Source: Syncephalis fuscata S228
Taxonomy: Eukaryota; Fungi; Zoopagomycota
Assembly (NCBI GenBank): GCA_025786725.1
Contig: JAHLTZ010000012.1
Coordinates: forward strand, 186,001 to 250,000
Reading direction: 5' to 3'
Length of the DNA: 64,000 bases
Part shown: piece by piece, positions 13,136 through 25,211 of the stretch
How the letters are laid out: each line of letters opens with the position of its first letter
How positions within the stretch are numbered: the stretch's first letter is position 1
Notes under the pieces: model-generated
The model's input: the letters and a program-made list of their open reading frames with translations, nothing else
What the model was told of the DNA's origin: nothing
Database searches by the model: none
Program-made: the position numbers and the translations under genes

Positions 13136-15273
13136 TTAACGTGTATGTGTACTACAGTTGTCAAGACTAACGCTCATATGAGCAATTTCTGTCATTTCTG
13201 GCCGTATTTCGTCGTAAGCTGTGGTGACGACGGTGGATTCGGACTTTGGCCGTTTAAGTGACGGTTTGCGTTTTTCATGTCGCTCTCGCCCGTTCACGGA
13301 AAATGCAAAACCACGCAGTTGCTGACTACTGCTGTTATTAGGTGTGCTGGGGGATGCTTGGCGCACATAAGAGCTGACCCACGAGTTTGAGCGATGAACA
13401 GTTGTAGTATAAAAATTGCCATTATTAATAATAATGCTATTGCTATCAATTTCAGCATCAAGATTATGTGTGTTCACGGTAAGCGGTGCCGCCGCGAATA
13501 CTGGCGATTGAAGCCGATCTTTGGGTGCACTTGGGCTAGAAGATGTTGCATGCGATGTCGGCGATAAAACTGGTAGAACAACAGATGTGATTCGCTTTGG
13601 TTGAAGCGGACTTATTGGACTGTTCATGCTATTCATTGATCGAGGCGACATGGCTGGCAAGCCAATGGTTACAGAAAGACCCGTCGCCGAAACAGCAGCC
13701 GATGTTACTCCAGTCTGGACGTCACGTATTGAAGGAGCTGCACTTTTAGCGCCCTTACTACACGCAGCTTTGTGGCTACATCGACATATACATCAGTTTC
13801 GTCGACAATTTCCTCTTGAATTAGTTCTTCAATAACATCTTCAAGGGTAACAATGCCTAATGGTGCCTTTTTATCTGCGTCATTAGAAACAATAGCCATA
13901 TGGCCTAGATTACATGGTTAATATATGTAGCAAATATCAATAATTGTTAAAACTTACTGCTACCTTCTTGAAATTTGTCTAGCATTTCGTAAAGTGGGGT
14001 TGATTTATGAACTTTTGGCAGATGATTTATATTTACATCACGTACCGGTGTTGCATCATCAGGATCAAGCATAATAAGCGATTTAATAAGTACAACACCA
14101 ATGATATTTTCGATACTGCCTTCATATACAGGTACTCGGCTATGGCCTGCGTCTACGATGGAGCTCATTGCAGCCCGATCGAGCATTGTGTTGATATCAA
14201 TGGCAAATACATTTTCCAAACCAGTCATAATCGATGCGGCTGTTTTATCTTGCAAATCCATAGCACCACGAATGATGGTTACTTCGTTTTTGGACAATGG
14301 ACCTTCGTGGCTATCGCCATGAATGGCTACAAGTTCTTTAAGCTCGGCACGTCGGTACATGACACCTTCATCCTTTCCAAGCATCCAGTCAAGTGCTTTT
14401 GAAATAGGCCAGGTAATAACAAACTAAGCATCCAATTAGTTGTACTAACGATCCTAAAAGTGTTACTTACTAGTGTATAAATAAGGATGCGTACTGGCCA
14501 TGCAAAAAACGCGCCCACACGAAGGCCATGACGTGCACAGATAGCCTGTGGCAATACTTCTGAGAATACAAATACAGCAGCGGTCGAAACTAGAATTGTA
14601 ATTGCTCCTCCAGGCAATACTTGATCCGCAAGAATAGGAATCGTTTCGTTCATCAATGTGTTACACAGTAACAAAGTGACCAGTAGCAGATTGCCGTGTT
14701 GCCGAATAGGAATGATGCGTTTTGCCCATTGTTTCTCCTGTTCGGTGCCGCTTGTAGCCAAGATTTGCAAATTGGTTGTGTCAAGCGACATAAATCCAAG
14801 CGTCAGGCCTAAAACATTGCTTAGTAATCGCCATTTTTATTACATGAGAATAGCTTACCTGCAACCAAGCCGTTGAGCAGTACCACGGCAATCGCACCAA
14901 ATGTGATCAACCAGAAAACTGGTGAGTCGTCATGTAATAATTCTTCTTCTTTCACCTCGGCCGAAGACATTTTAGCTACACCGTCTAACGACGGATCGGA
15001 TCTATTTATCCCATCGCGTTTTATGAGCGTTTCTTTTAGATTAGGAAATGCACGTGCTGATTCAATCTGCAAGCAAGCAAGTACCAAAAAAGCGACAACA
15101 GCAAAAGTGCCAAGAGTCCAGCGTTTAGTTCGTGAATTGGCTGAAAATACGGGTGCTTGTACTATTGCCACTCCAGCGGAGCGCTTTTGAGTAGAGTAGG
15201 AGCTAACGGTCAAGTTATAGTCCCCAGACATGCCATGACATGAGGGACTTGCAGTTTCGGTGGGTTTTTGCAT
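13136..15273 (-). CDS. MAM3: CNNM/Mam3-family metal transporter (DUF21 + CBS pair)
   Basis: [63 protein letters not shown]. Confidence 0.92.
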
Positions 15274-16239
15274 TCAAGACAGAGCAAGACAAGCAAATAA
15301 ACGAACAAATGGGAATTAAGAAAAGTGCAAAATTATTTCAATAATTTCTAGAATATCAGTAAAGTGCTTAATAACGGCTTCAAATAACAGTACGCTAGCA
15401 AAGCAGTTAGAAAATAAGTCAAGTAAAAAGTGAAGTGAAAGAAACGGAATTACCTAGTGTTCGGGTATTAAGCAAAAAATAATTACCATCCTTGGATTCC
15501 TGACTTTTCGATATAAATATTAATGCCACGGATCACGCGCACAGGCAAAGCAGTAAGGATGCTTGTACATAGACTATTATCTGTTACATTGTAGCACATT
15601 TACTATTTTAAACTTGGCTTATTGCATATGACATATTCTACTTGGTCTTATTTCTAATCTACTTTACTATCTACACTGAAATGGTAGATATACGCTACTT
15701 TTCCAGAAGTCTTTCACTTGTTGTATTACGCACTATGTCTTTGCTATACTAATAAATATCATTTTCGTATATTATGACCTCTGTGTGCAAGTTTAACATC
15801 TATACTATTGTCTTTTCTGTTTACAAGCCAAGATACGAGAATACACTTGAATGTTACAGTATGAAACGCTACAAATATTTATGCTGGCCTATTGATTTTC
15901 TAGAACATAGCGGGAACATCGTTGTAAACTTGGCCAATGTATATCACGTGGCTCGGCTTAATATTATTTCTATTTTACTTTTCTATTTACGTTGAAATAG
16001 TACCTTGCAGCTACTACTTTAAAACTTTTTATTGCAGTATGACCCATGTCTTTGTTGTTATAATAATAGAATGCTATTTGTTTCTTATTCTATGTTCTCT
16101 GTAGGTAGTGTTAATGTCGCACCGTTTCTCTTATCTGCAATTCATGATATAGCAATACATTATTTGTGTAGATTGCCACAAATACACCATAATAAATCAT
16201 TATTATTATCCTGTCAGGATATATAACAAAATAGCTAAT

Positions 16240-17130
16240 TTGTGGTGGAATTTGCTTTGATCTATTCTATGGTGTATTGACATGTTGGGTAGATTGACTT
16301 TTATTATTTACACTCCATTTATTAATCAATTAAACTCATCTGTTTATAAATATTGACTGACAGGTTCACAGCTCGCAATCTACGTCATCACATTTCCCTT
16401 TCTCTTTCTTCACACTTGACAGCATACATCCATTGCATATACTTGTACACTCCATATATGCTAACTAGATATTGTTAGTAGTTGACTGACTACTAGTCAA
16501 GTACAAACACTTTACATTACTCTCTTGCATTACTCTTTTGTAATCTTACCTTCATTGCTCCGATAATTGGTATTGGCAACTTTATTGACACGATAAGTCG
16601 ATTCCTGGCTTGTTTTGTGTTATGGTAGATATGCTGTCAAATCTCGTTGTATGCTTTGTTTTTGTTTTTGATTGCAGTTGCAGTTCATCCAACAACAGTT
16701 TTACTATATCAACAGTAACAGTGCATTCTGTTACCTTTGAAACTTCAAAAGCTGTTGTTAATATGAGCAGCGGTGGCGATCTATGACAAACCAAAACATA
16801 CAATGACTCTGGTTGCATATAGCCACCACAATAATTGCGCACAGCTGTTGTACACATACAACTATAACATTATAGAAAGCACTACCATTGCTACTACTAT
16901 TGTATGTGTACGGCATCTAGTACGATAATTGCATTAGTTATAGCCATTTTCTACCTATTTACCTATAAAATGATACATAAATAGAGGATATATGCATACT
17001 GGATAATAAATTTATGACGATGAGTATTTTTATTCTTGATGTCATTCACCACCTACCATTATCTTCAATAAAACGCATACCCAGCTCAATTGCACGAATA
17101 TAATTACATATAGTCATTTAACACCAAATC
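16240..17130. mobile_element. Degenerate MITE-family-related repeat, inverted homologue of ~45780-46370
   Basis: CATATACTTGTACACTCC (~16436) matches GGAGTGTACAAGTATATG (~46254). The TIR-type block ATATGCATACTGGATAA...GATGAGTATTT at ~16990-17130 is shared with 20200-20322. Confidence 0.6.
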
Positions 17131-18365
17131 ATAATAAATTGTCTATAGTTTGTTCAATTAATAAAGCTTATCATTTAGTTCCATCTTCAATTAGATAACT
17201 ATCTAGCTCAATTACACTATATTGTAATAGTCATTTGACCATTAAACCACACTAAATAATTAATATAGGTACAGTGGCAAAATGAGAATAAACATAGTAA
17301 TACAATGCTCACAATTACACTGATTAGTTTAAAAAAAAGAATAGCGTACAAAAAGCAATACAGCTCATGCTATGTTATGGTTGATGTGAAACAGAAATTA
17401 AATGAAAGAAATAGGAAGGGATTGTTATGTAGGCATAATTATACAATAGTAAATATCGCATACAATATATTTGCAATATCCTTAATAAGTTGGCTCTTAC
17501 ATAAAAAATGTTGTTATAAACTGTCATACTTTATGGAGTATTTATTGGCTTCACTATTTCATACATTCTGTCTTTACTAAGTTAGCTTTGCAACCAAAAT
17601 ACCTTTATTTAGCAATAAATAAATAATATATATGACAATAATATAGCGCAAATCAGGTGATTAAATGACGTGTTACAATTTTGTGTTTTAAAACAATGCA
17701 ACATACTATTTAACAAACTCTATCGTATAACCAGGCTAACTAGCTATTGGGTACTTGTAACGCATTTTTTTACTTTAATGGATACACATGGTATGGGCAT
17801 CACTATTATGATTGATACAATTGTAAGCCAATAAATACAACGATATTCCTACTAGCAGGCTGCCAAACATTGTATAGCGCGTTTTTCTCATTGTAACGAT
17901 GACTCAACGCCACTTTGAAATAGACAATGGCTTTAGTAAATGTTTCAAACGAGACCTTATCAGCCCATCGTCAAATCACACTCAATAGCAAATAGATTGA
18001 GCGTCATTAGTCGCGGCTTTTCCCTTGAAATCATATCTTTATGTAGCACTAAAATATAAAAAAGCCAATTGCTTTGTATTGGTATTGCCTATCGCATCTT
18101 GCCCGGTTTAATGACGTTTATTGTCGCAAACTAGTGGTTTTACTTAGAAAATTGGCTTAACTTACTGGCTGAATTGTGCAAATGAAATATGTAGGTAATT
18201 TCGGCTACTGCTTCCAATTTTTATTGTTCACCAATATATAAACGCGTACACAAGTCACATTTTCTTTTCTCTTTTCTGTTTAGTTCACTTCTCCTGCCTA
18301 CTTGTTTGCACACTTGCACATAAGAATTTTCTCACTTTTTGTTTATTTGAACATCTAAAATCAAT

Positions 18366-19216
18366 ATGGCTACTATCTCCAACTCCGCCAACAGCTCTAT
18401 TGCTGGCCGTACAAAAAGCTGTACTGCCAAGGACCATACTGTGAAGAGCAAGGAAGACGACCAAGTTGCAAATGACAAGGAAGTTGACCAAGCTTTGAAG
18501 AGCAACGAAGACGACCAAGTTGCAAATGACAAGGAAGTTGACCAAGCTTTGAAGAGCAACGAAGACGACCAAGTTGCAAATGACAAGAAAGTTGACCAAG
18601 CTTTGAAGAGCAACGAAGACGACCAAGTTGCAAACAACGAGGAAGTTGACCAAGCTTTGAAGAGCAAGGAAAACAACAGTTGTTCTTTTGATTTATCGCG
18701 TTCATCACGATCGATAGCGCAACCAGTATCACGCCGATCAGGCAAACAGGTAAGCAATATTACTGACACTAAGCTAACCTCTCTTCATGATAGAAACAAG
18801 GCGCCAGTGGCCAGACTGAAGGGCACACAGCAAGCCGTTTTACCCACTTGTGATCACAAAAACGTGTCACAACGCAAAAGATCACCACTTATAGGTAATA
18901 AAACACTTTTATTGGTTATAATAGCTAACAAACATACTTTATTGCTAGCAAAAGAAGAATACGAGAAAAAGCCCATATGCAAATGCATACTAAAACAAAT
19001 GGAGTCTAAAAGAATCATGCCACGACCTCCACCACGCAAATTTTCAAAATCAGAGGATATCCGCGTGTCAATGATGATACGTAGATTCGAGGAATTGATT
19101 GGTAAAAAATTAAATATCTTTAATATAATTTTATTTAAACACTTAAGCATTTAGCTCAACGGGAACGCAAACGACGCAGGGAAGAAGAAGAGTCCACTGC
19201 ACGCAAACGGCGATGA
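18366..19216 (+). CDS. Hypothetical protein with 18-aa tandem repeats (probably spliced)
   Basis: ATG at 18366; GT..AG intron candidates near 18750, 18895 and 19102; last exon AQRERKRRREEEESTARKRR*. Confidence 0.5.
18442..18671 (+). repeat. 54-bp coding minisatellite, ~4.2 copies
   Basis: Unit TGAAGAGCAACGAAGACGACCAAGTTGCAAATGACAAGGAAGTTGACCAAGCTT, encoding KSNEDDQVANDKEVDQAL. Confidence 0.95.
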
Positions 19217-19720
19217 ACTCAAGCTCAGGTGTTTACTATATTTGTACAGCTCTCTTCCTAAATAAACCTTTAGGAAATTTCTTCAACCAAATGCTTAATA
19301 TTAATATACAAACATATAATTGCTTAGCCTTTTTCCTTTATTAATTATAATAAAACAACTTTAAATATAGCTTATATAAATAAATAGATTTAATTTAGCA
19401 AACGGCTAGTGTTCCACGTCTTCTTAAAGCAAAGTTATAATAATGCCAATAAAGGTTATTTGTTATAAAGCCATTGTAATTAACTAATAGTGTTTAGTAT
19501 AAAATACCAGTACCATATAACGGTCTACTAGTCATTTATTTGATAATAACTGGCCTATTCCTGGTCTTTCTATCTGCGATAATTTAACTATTTGATTTTG
19601 AGGTCAAGTGACTACATTTACTAGTATCTGCGTAGTTGAACTGCACATTTAATCTATTGAACATGGGGACAAGTGGTAAATTTTATTAAGGATCAAATTA
19701 TTAACTGTATTACAATTGAA

Positions 19721-20322
19721 TGGCCAAATGACTATATTTAATAGCATTCAATATATTGAACATGATGATCAGTGGTGAGTGACATCAATCATCAAATACT
19801 CATTATTGTAGATTCATTATCCAGTATACATATATTCACCGTTTACTTACATCATTCCCACTCCATTCCCACTTCTATGTATCATTCTATGATATAATAG
19901 ATACATTCTACTGTTTATATGTTCCAATATACATTACTCATTCCACTCATTGCATTATATGCACTATAACTTTAACATCGCTTTATATGCTTTTTCACCG
20001 TACATTTATCATTTTATGTATAATTCTATACTCGCATAGTTTTTCTGTATTAAAAACTGTTTTTATTTTTGTTCTAACTTTATTATTAATAAATGTCGAC
20101 TAACTCCGCTTATTCATTTAGCAAGCTATATGTAGTTGAAATCTATAACAATATAATGCTATATAATAGTATGACATGCATTGTTAACGATATAGGTAAA
20201 CGGTGGATATATGCATACTGGATAACAAATCTATGATGATGAGTATTTGATGATTGATGTCACTCACTACCCATCATCATGTTCAATAAATTGGATGCTA
20301 CTAGATGTTAGTCATTTGACCA
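19721..20322. mobile_element. MITE with ~125-bp terminal inverted repeats
   Basis: 19721-19845 (TGGCCAAATGACTA...GTGAGTGACATCAATCATCAAATACTCAT...) is the reverse complement of 20197-20322; no ORF inside. Confidence 0.85.
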
Positions 20323-20427
20323 CCAAATCATACTAAATGATTAATAAATCGCTTAATATAAATGTAATAAACTTAATTTTAATGAACATCAAAACATTTT
20401 GCTTTAAATACTTGTAGTAGTACAAGA

Positions 20428-21009
20428 TTACTCGTGGTATGCACACCACCAACAAAAACAAGTATAACTAAGAATACATGGGAAACAAAATAATGCGCGT
20501 AGTCCTTGAACGGGCCCTTCTCGGCAACGCTTAGCAACGATATCAGTGGCAAGACCGACGGCAACGCAGCAACCACAAACTGGTGCATCTTCAAGTGAAC
20601 GTGCTGCACGGCCAGTCGCAACACACATAGCAAATGTACTGGATTTTCGATTAGCTATGGTAAATTGTATTGGCCGAGTAGTCTTATTTAGTGCCGATTG
20701 TGGCATGGGATCGGTAGCAACAGAGGCTAAGGGCCGACCCGCTAGAAAAACTGGCATACGTAGTTTGGAAATAATAGATGAATTTGTCGAAGCTTTACGT
20801 AATGAGCTTTCGAATAGAGGAAAGCATGATGTTGTCGACGAATCCGTTTTATGTAGTGCTGTAGAATGAGCGATGGTTGTGCCGGTCATTGTAGTGTAGC
20901 ATGTACTGGATGGTTCTATAAGTGTGCTACAAGTGGTGGGTGTTGTGGTTTGTCGACGCAAAGTGCGTCGCTTGCCAAAAAAGCGTTTTAATTTACTAAG
21001 CCAAAGCAT
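20428..21009 (-). CDS. Hypothetical Ser/Thr-rich protein
   Basis: 193-aa ATG-initiated ORF, GC-richer than its flanks; no recognised motif. Confidence 0.45.
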   Translation of the reverse strand: MLWLSKLKRFFGKRRTLRRQTTTPTTCSTLIEPSSTCYTTMTGTTIAHSTALHKTDSSTTSCFPLFESSLRKASTNSSIISKLRMPVFLAGRPLASVATDPMPQSALNKTTRPIQFTIANRKSSTFAMCVATGRAARSLEDAPVCGCCVAVGLATDIVAKRCREGPVQGLRALFCFPCILSYTCFCWWCAYHE

Positions 21010-21310
21010 GGTTGTTAACTAATTAAATAAATGCAAAAATGCTAGTTGGTCGGTTGGCTGTATAGTGATAGTAGAATTCGATTTGGAACAACCACGAAGT
21101 TTATAAAGAATTATCTGCCATTGCAGTATAGCAATATGCATAGGCCAAGCCAATCATTTTTTTGTGGTTGTTTTTGCATCATGCATACTTGTTGAGTCAC
21201 GTGGAGTGCTATAATTAGACAAATGCAATGTCACAATATTAAAATTAAATTATGGCCAATTATAGATCATTTATTTATTAGTCCTATGTTCTGATTTCTT
21301 TGTTCTTAAG

Positions 21311-22647
21311 TTAGAGCAACTCTTTTAGCCATTGCGCGACTAGTTCGCCCATCACTGCGCCGTGACCTACAAGAGTGACAATGTGCATCAGCCAAGCGAT
21401 ACTAGTATATATTTGGATGCTCCTACCTAGTACAAAGGCATGCGGCAAGTCGTGCTGGCACAAATATACCTGACCTAATGGAAAAAAATGCATAAGGAAA
21501 AGATGTATTCACTGCAAACGCATCTACCTTTAGGAAATAGTGTCGTCATCTCCTCATAATGGCTAATAGGCGACCAATGATCGTTAGTGCCATAATAAAA
21601 TAAAAGTTTACTAAGATGCCTGTCAATCAGATCGGTTTGCAGTGTTGTTATCGTTTCCATTTCATCGCATGCCATGCTAAGTGAATTGCGTACCATAGTA
21701 GGCGTGCTTTTTAACATTAAGGAATTAGGTAGGATAGTGTGATAATAAATTAATAATAAGGATATGATAAAAACTTTGTCACCGTAACATAAGCCTCTTC
21801 GGCTGTTTGTTTAGCACAAAGACGCGTTAATAGCAAACGAAGCCAAAGTGGGAAAATGCCAAGTAGACCCACGCCAAAAGAAGTTATTCTGCAGGCATTG
21901 TCGCTCCACATCCACTATCATTGCAAATAAATTATCGCACTAATAAGTATAGTTAACATACTTACGCTTAGATTGTGGCCATTGGGCGTATCTCGAATCT
22001 CTTTAATAGTAGGAAATAGACAGATAACACGGGTAATATTATAATCAGGACATGCATCCAATACCTACGAATATTATAGCTAACCAGTATTCACCTTTAA
22101 TAACTATGCTTACCTGAAGTGCAATATAAGAGCCGACACTATGTCCCGCCAATACAAATTGTGTTCCTGGTGGATAAGTTATGCGTAAACGATCTAAACA
22201 AGCAATCTTGTGCTTAATCTGAGCCGATAATGACGTGTGATCGGGAGACACACTGCCTGTCGTGGTAGTATGACCAGGGTGCGACACTAAATACACAGCA
22301 CGCACACACATACATATATATATTAATTATATAGAGATAGTATGGATAATGGTATGCCATCTATTGTCACTTACCTCCAACAATATCAAGTTGATTACCC
22401 AACATTTGATGTACCGTATCGAGAAATGCCGTATAATAGTCAATAACGCCCGGGTTGCCTACATAACAGTAAATAATCTATTAGAGCAATAGAGTATGTT
22501 TAGCCTACCGCAAATAAACATAAAGACAATGCCCGGTTCGTTTAAAGCTTTGTTGGCATTGCGTTTTGGCCACCAAAGTGTATCGGTTTGGCAACCGTTC
22601 ACATTCCATACTGCACGTAAAGGAATGGCAAATTCCTGAGTTAGCAT
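21311..22647 (-). CDS. Lipid-droplet-associated serine hydrolase (LDAH/DUF2305-like alpha/beta hydrolase)
   Basis: MFIC|GNPGVIDYY, SHPGH, GHSVGSY nucleophile elbow, LFPTI, FYYGTNDHW, PHAFVL. Confidence 0.85.
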
Positions 22648-22920
22648 TTTACAAGATTCAACTATTGATACTGTAACGTAGTCACAAGGCAATAACGTAT
22701 CGTAAACAAAAGAGAAAAGGTTGTAGTACGCGAGAAATAATTGTTGGTTAAGTAGTGGTGGTTTTAAACAGCGCTAATACTCATTATTAAGAATAAATTC
22801 ACCTGATTCTAATTACTTTTTAGTGTTTATTACTATTCCGGTTATTGTTGTTGATTAGTCTATTACTTTCGAGTGCCACCAACAATCCACTCACTTGACC
22901 ACTCACGTGCTTATGGCTTC

Positions 22921-23564
22921 TCAAAAACCGCAGTGTAAGTCAAGCGACACTGGCACCTGACGTCTAACTTGTGTTTCGTTTAGTACGTGGAAGCAGTGTG
23001 TTGACGGTGGGCGAGCGAGAGCGATATGTGCAACGTCAGTTAGATTCGTTGGAACGTGACAACTATACCGAACGTACTGACGTGATCTCAAGTAATGAGC
23101 TAGGTAAGTGGCCGTGTCATAGATAGATACAGCGATTCTAGCTACAAATCCTGTAGCGCGTTCGTCACGACGTCCCAAGGGAAAGGTAACGGCATTGGCA
23201 AAAGGTCGCTGGACACTAGCAACACTGATTGCGGAATCAGTACGTGTATAAACTTGCCGTAATTATAGACTATTTAGCTAATAAATTATTATTGCTATTG
23301 ACGACAATAGCAAATAAGTAGACTGCCAGCCGATGTACCCACTTATTTGACAGCAGCTATTGGGCCATCGACACAGCCTTCGCGGAAATTTTGCTCAGTT
23401 TGTGGATATCCTTTTGTTGCTTAAAATGAATACAATATTTAGTTGGATTATTAACTATGCAATACATTTGTAGCCGGATATACCTGTACACGTTGTGGCA
23501 TGCAATATTGCACGCTTAATTGCTTGGAAACACACAAGGAAACAAGGTAGATAGTGTTATTCAT
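22921..23564 (-). CDS. Possible small spliced gene, function unknown
   Basis: GC-richer open blocks separated by intron-like AT segments; no recognised motif. Confidence 0.25.
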
Positions 23565-24040
23565 GAATTAGCATAAGAATATAAGTTTAAACAATAATAG
23601 ATGTATGAAGTTTATCGTATAAATAAATGGCTGTCAATTCAAAGAATATATAGATCATTATTGTTGATCAATAGTCTGTAGCAAGCGGTGATATTATAAA
23701 TATCAAGTAACTGTGAATAAAATTAAACGTGATATCATTTGAATGGTGATGACTTTTGACAGCTAATAGTTAAATAATAAAAGTTAATCATTTGAGCAAC
23801 TATTTATATTGCTATTCCTGCACTACAATACACTAATATTATATAATATGTAAATATAGCACAAGATGCACAACAAATTAATTTATGCTTTTTGTACATA
23901 AATTATGTCGATTAATAGCTACTTACCAATATTTACATCAAGCATGAGATGCAATAGAAATAGAACTTGCTAGTATCAGCCGTATACTTATTAATGGAAA
24001 ATATAGTTAACAATGGCTTAGATTATTATTAATCCTGGGA

Positions 24041-24810
24041 CTGGCTTGTACTTTGACCCCCACATTTGGAGTCCCCAAAGCAGCAAACCATTTTACGCAA
24101 TTGATTGTAGTGATTTAAATAGTTGATTGGATTGATTGGATTGATTTGTGTTCAAATGATTATTCACAATAAATATTTACGTAATATAATAACAGTATCA
24201 TTTCCATAAAGTAGAATAGAATTAAATGTAATAGGACATTGTATTAGTAACAATTCTAAGTATTTAAATAAAACTTACATTCAATATCTAAAAAGTTTTA
24301 TTGAGACAAACATGCGTTCTCTGCGGTGCTTGTGTTGGTTTGAGATGGTCTGGCAAACTCAGCTGGTCTGCCATTTCCATCCCAGATTGATTCGATGATT
24401 TGAAAAATATTTTTGCTTGCCATGACATACCGATTACACACCACTTGGCAGTTTTGGCAGACTAAGGTGGTGTGGTGGGTATGACCATTTACAGCAATCT
24501 TTTCTATCAGACTTTTTTCCTTACAGACATGACAAATCTATTAAATTGTTAAATTGTTAAATAAAATAGTGATTACATTAAATACTTACCTGAGAAGAAA
24601 GATATTTATCGATTTTAATGGCAACAAGGTCTGCACGACGCTCTCGTCGTTTCAACATTTGCCAGCACCTGTTGACAACAGCAGATCGATGGCCCTTGTA
24701 TACATTGTTCTGCTTGCCAAACATTGCATCGCCGAATACAATAAGTGGCATTTTGTCAGTTGTTTGTAACCTTGCTGGATGTCATCCTTCTTTCTCTCTT
24801 GGTGGATCAC
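24041..24810 (-). mobile_element. Fanzor-bearing element remnant (subfamily A): 3' coding part, 3' non-coding module and terminal hairpin
   Basis: Terminus CTTTGACCCCCACATTTGGAGTCCCCAAAGCAGCAAAC at 24051; 24051-24270 aligns with the reverse complement of 7830-8018. Confidence 0.8.
24298..24751 (-). pseudogene. Intron-containing Fanzor (TnpB-like RuvC/Zn-finger) C-terminal fragment
   Basis: Exons 24751-24590 and 24537-24298 joined across a 52-nt GTAAGT..TAG intron give MPLIVFGDAMFG..KGHRS..LVAIKIDKYLSSQ|ICHVC..HTTLVCQNCQVVCNRYVMASKNI..GNGRPAEFAR*. An in-frame TGA lies just upstream. Confidence 0.85.
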
Positions 24811-25211
24811 TATTTAATTATATATAAATAATTATTCATACTTTACAGCTTTTAAAAAGTGTAGTCATAAAATATAATTATTATGGCTATACAGTTCTTT
24901 GTATTATAAAAATCCAGAATTTACCTACTAAATGTTCCAAGTGTTGATATGGCATTACATAGAAAACACTATATAAGAAGACATCAAATATTATCAATAA
25001 AATATTTAAGCTTTTTTCAATCCCTAACTGCCTTGACTACCCTGACCAGTTCTTAAATTAATGTAATTACTATTTTTATTGCATAAACGTAACAAATTAC
25101 AACAAAAGTAATCTTTATTATATTTATTTTATTAACTTAACATTAATTTTATCGAAAATGCCAAATAAATTGCTTATTTTTATCACACTTTTTGTTTTCA
25201 CTTGATATTGA

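Noticed and set aside
18442-18671. CRISPR-like array
   Set aside because: No unique spacers; it is a contiguous in-frame 54-bp minisatellite.
18285-18769. Three overlapping minus-strand ORFs
   Set aside because: Shadows of the stop-free tandem repeat.
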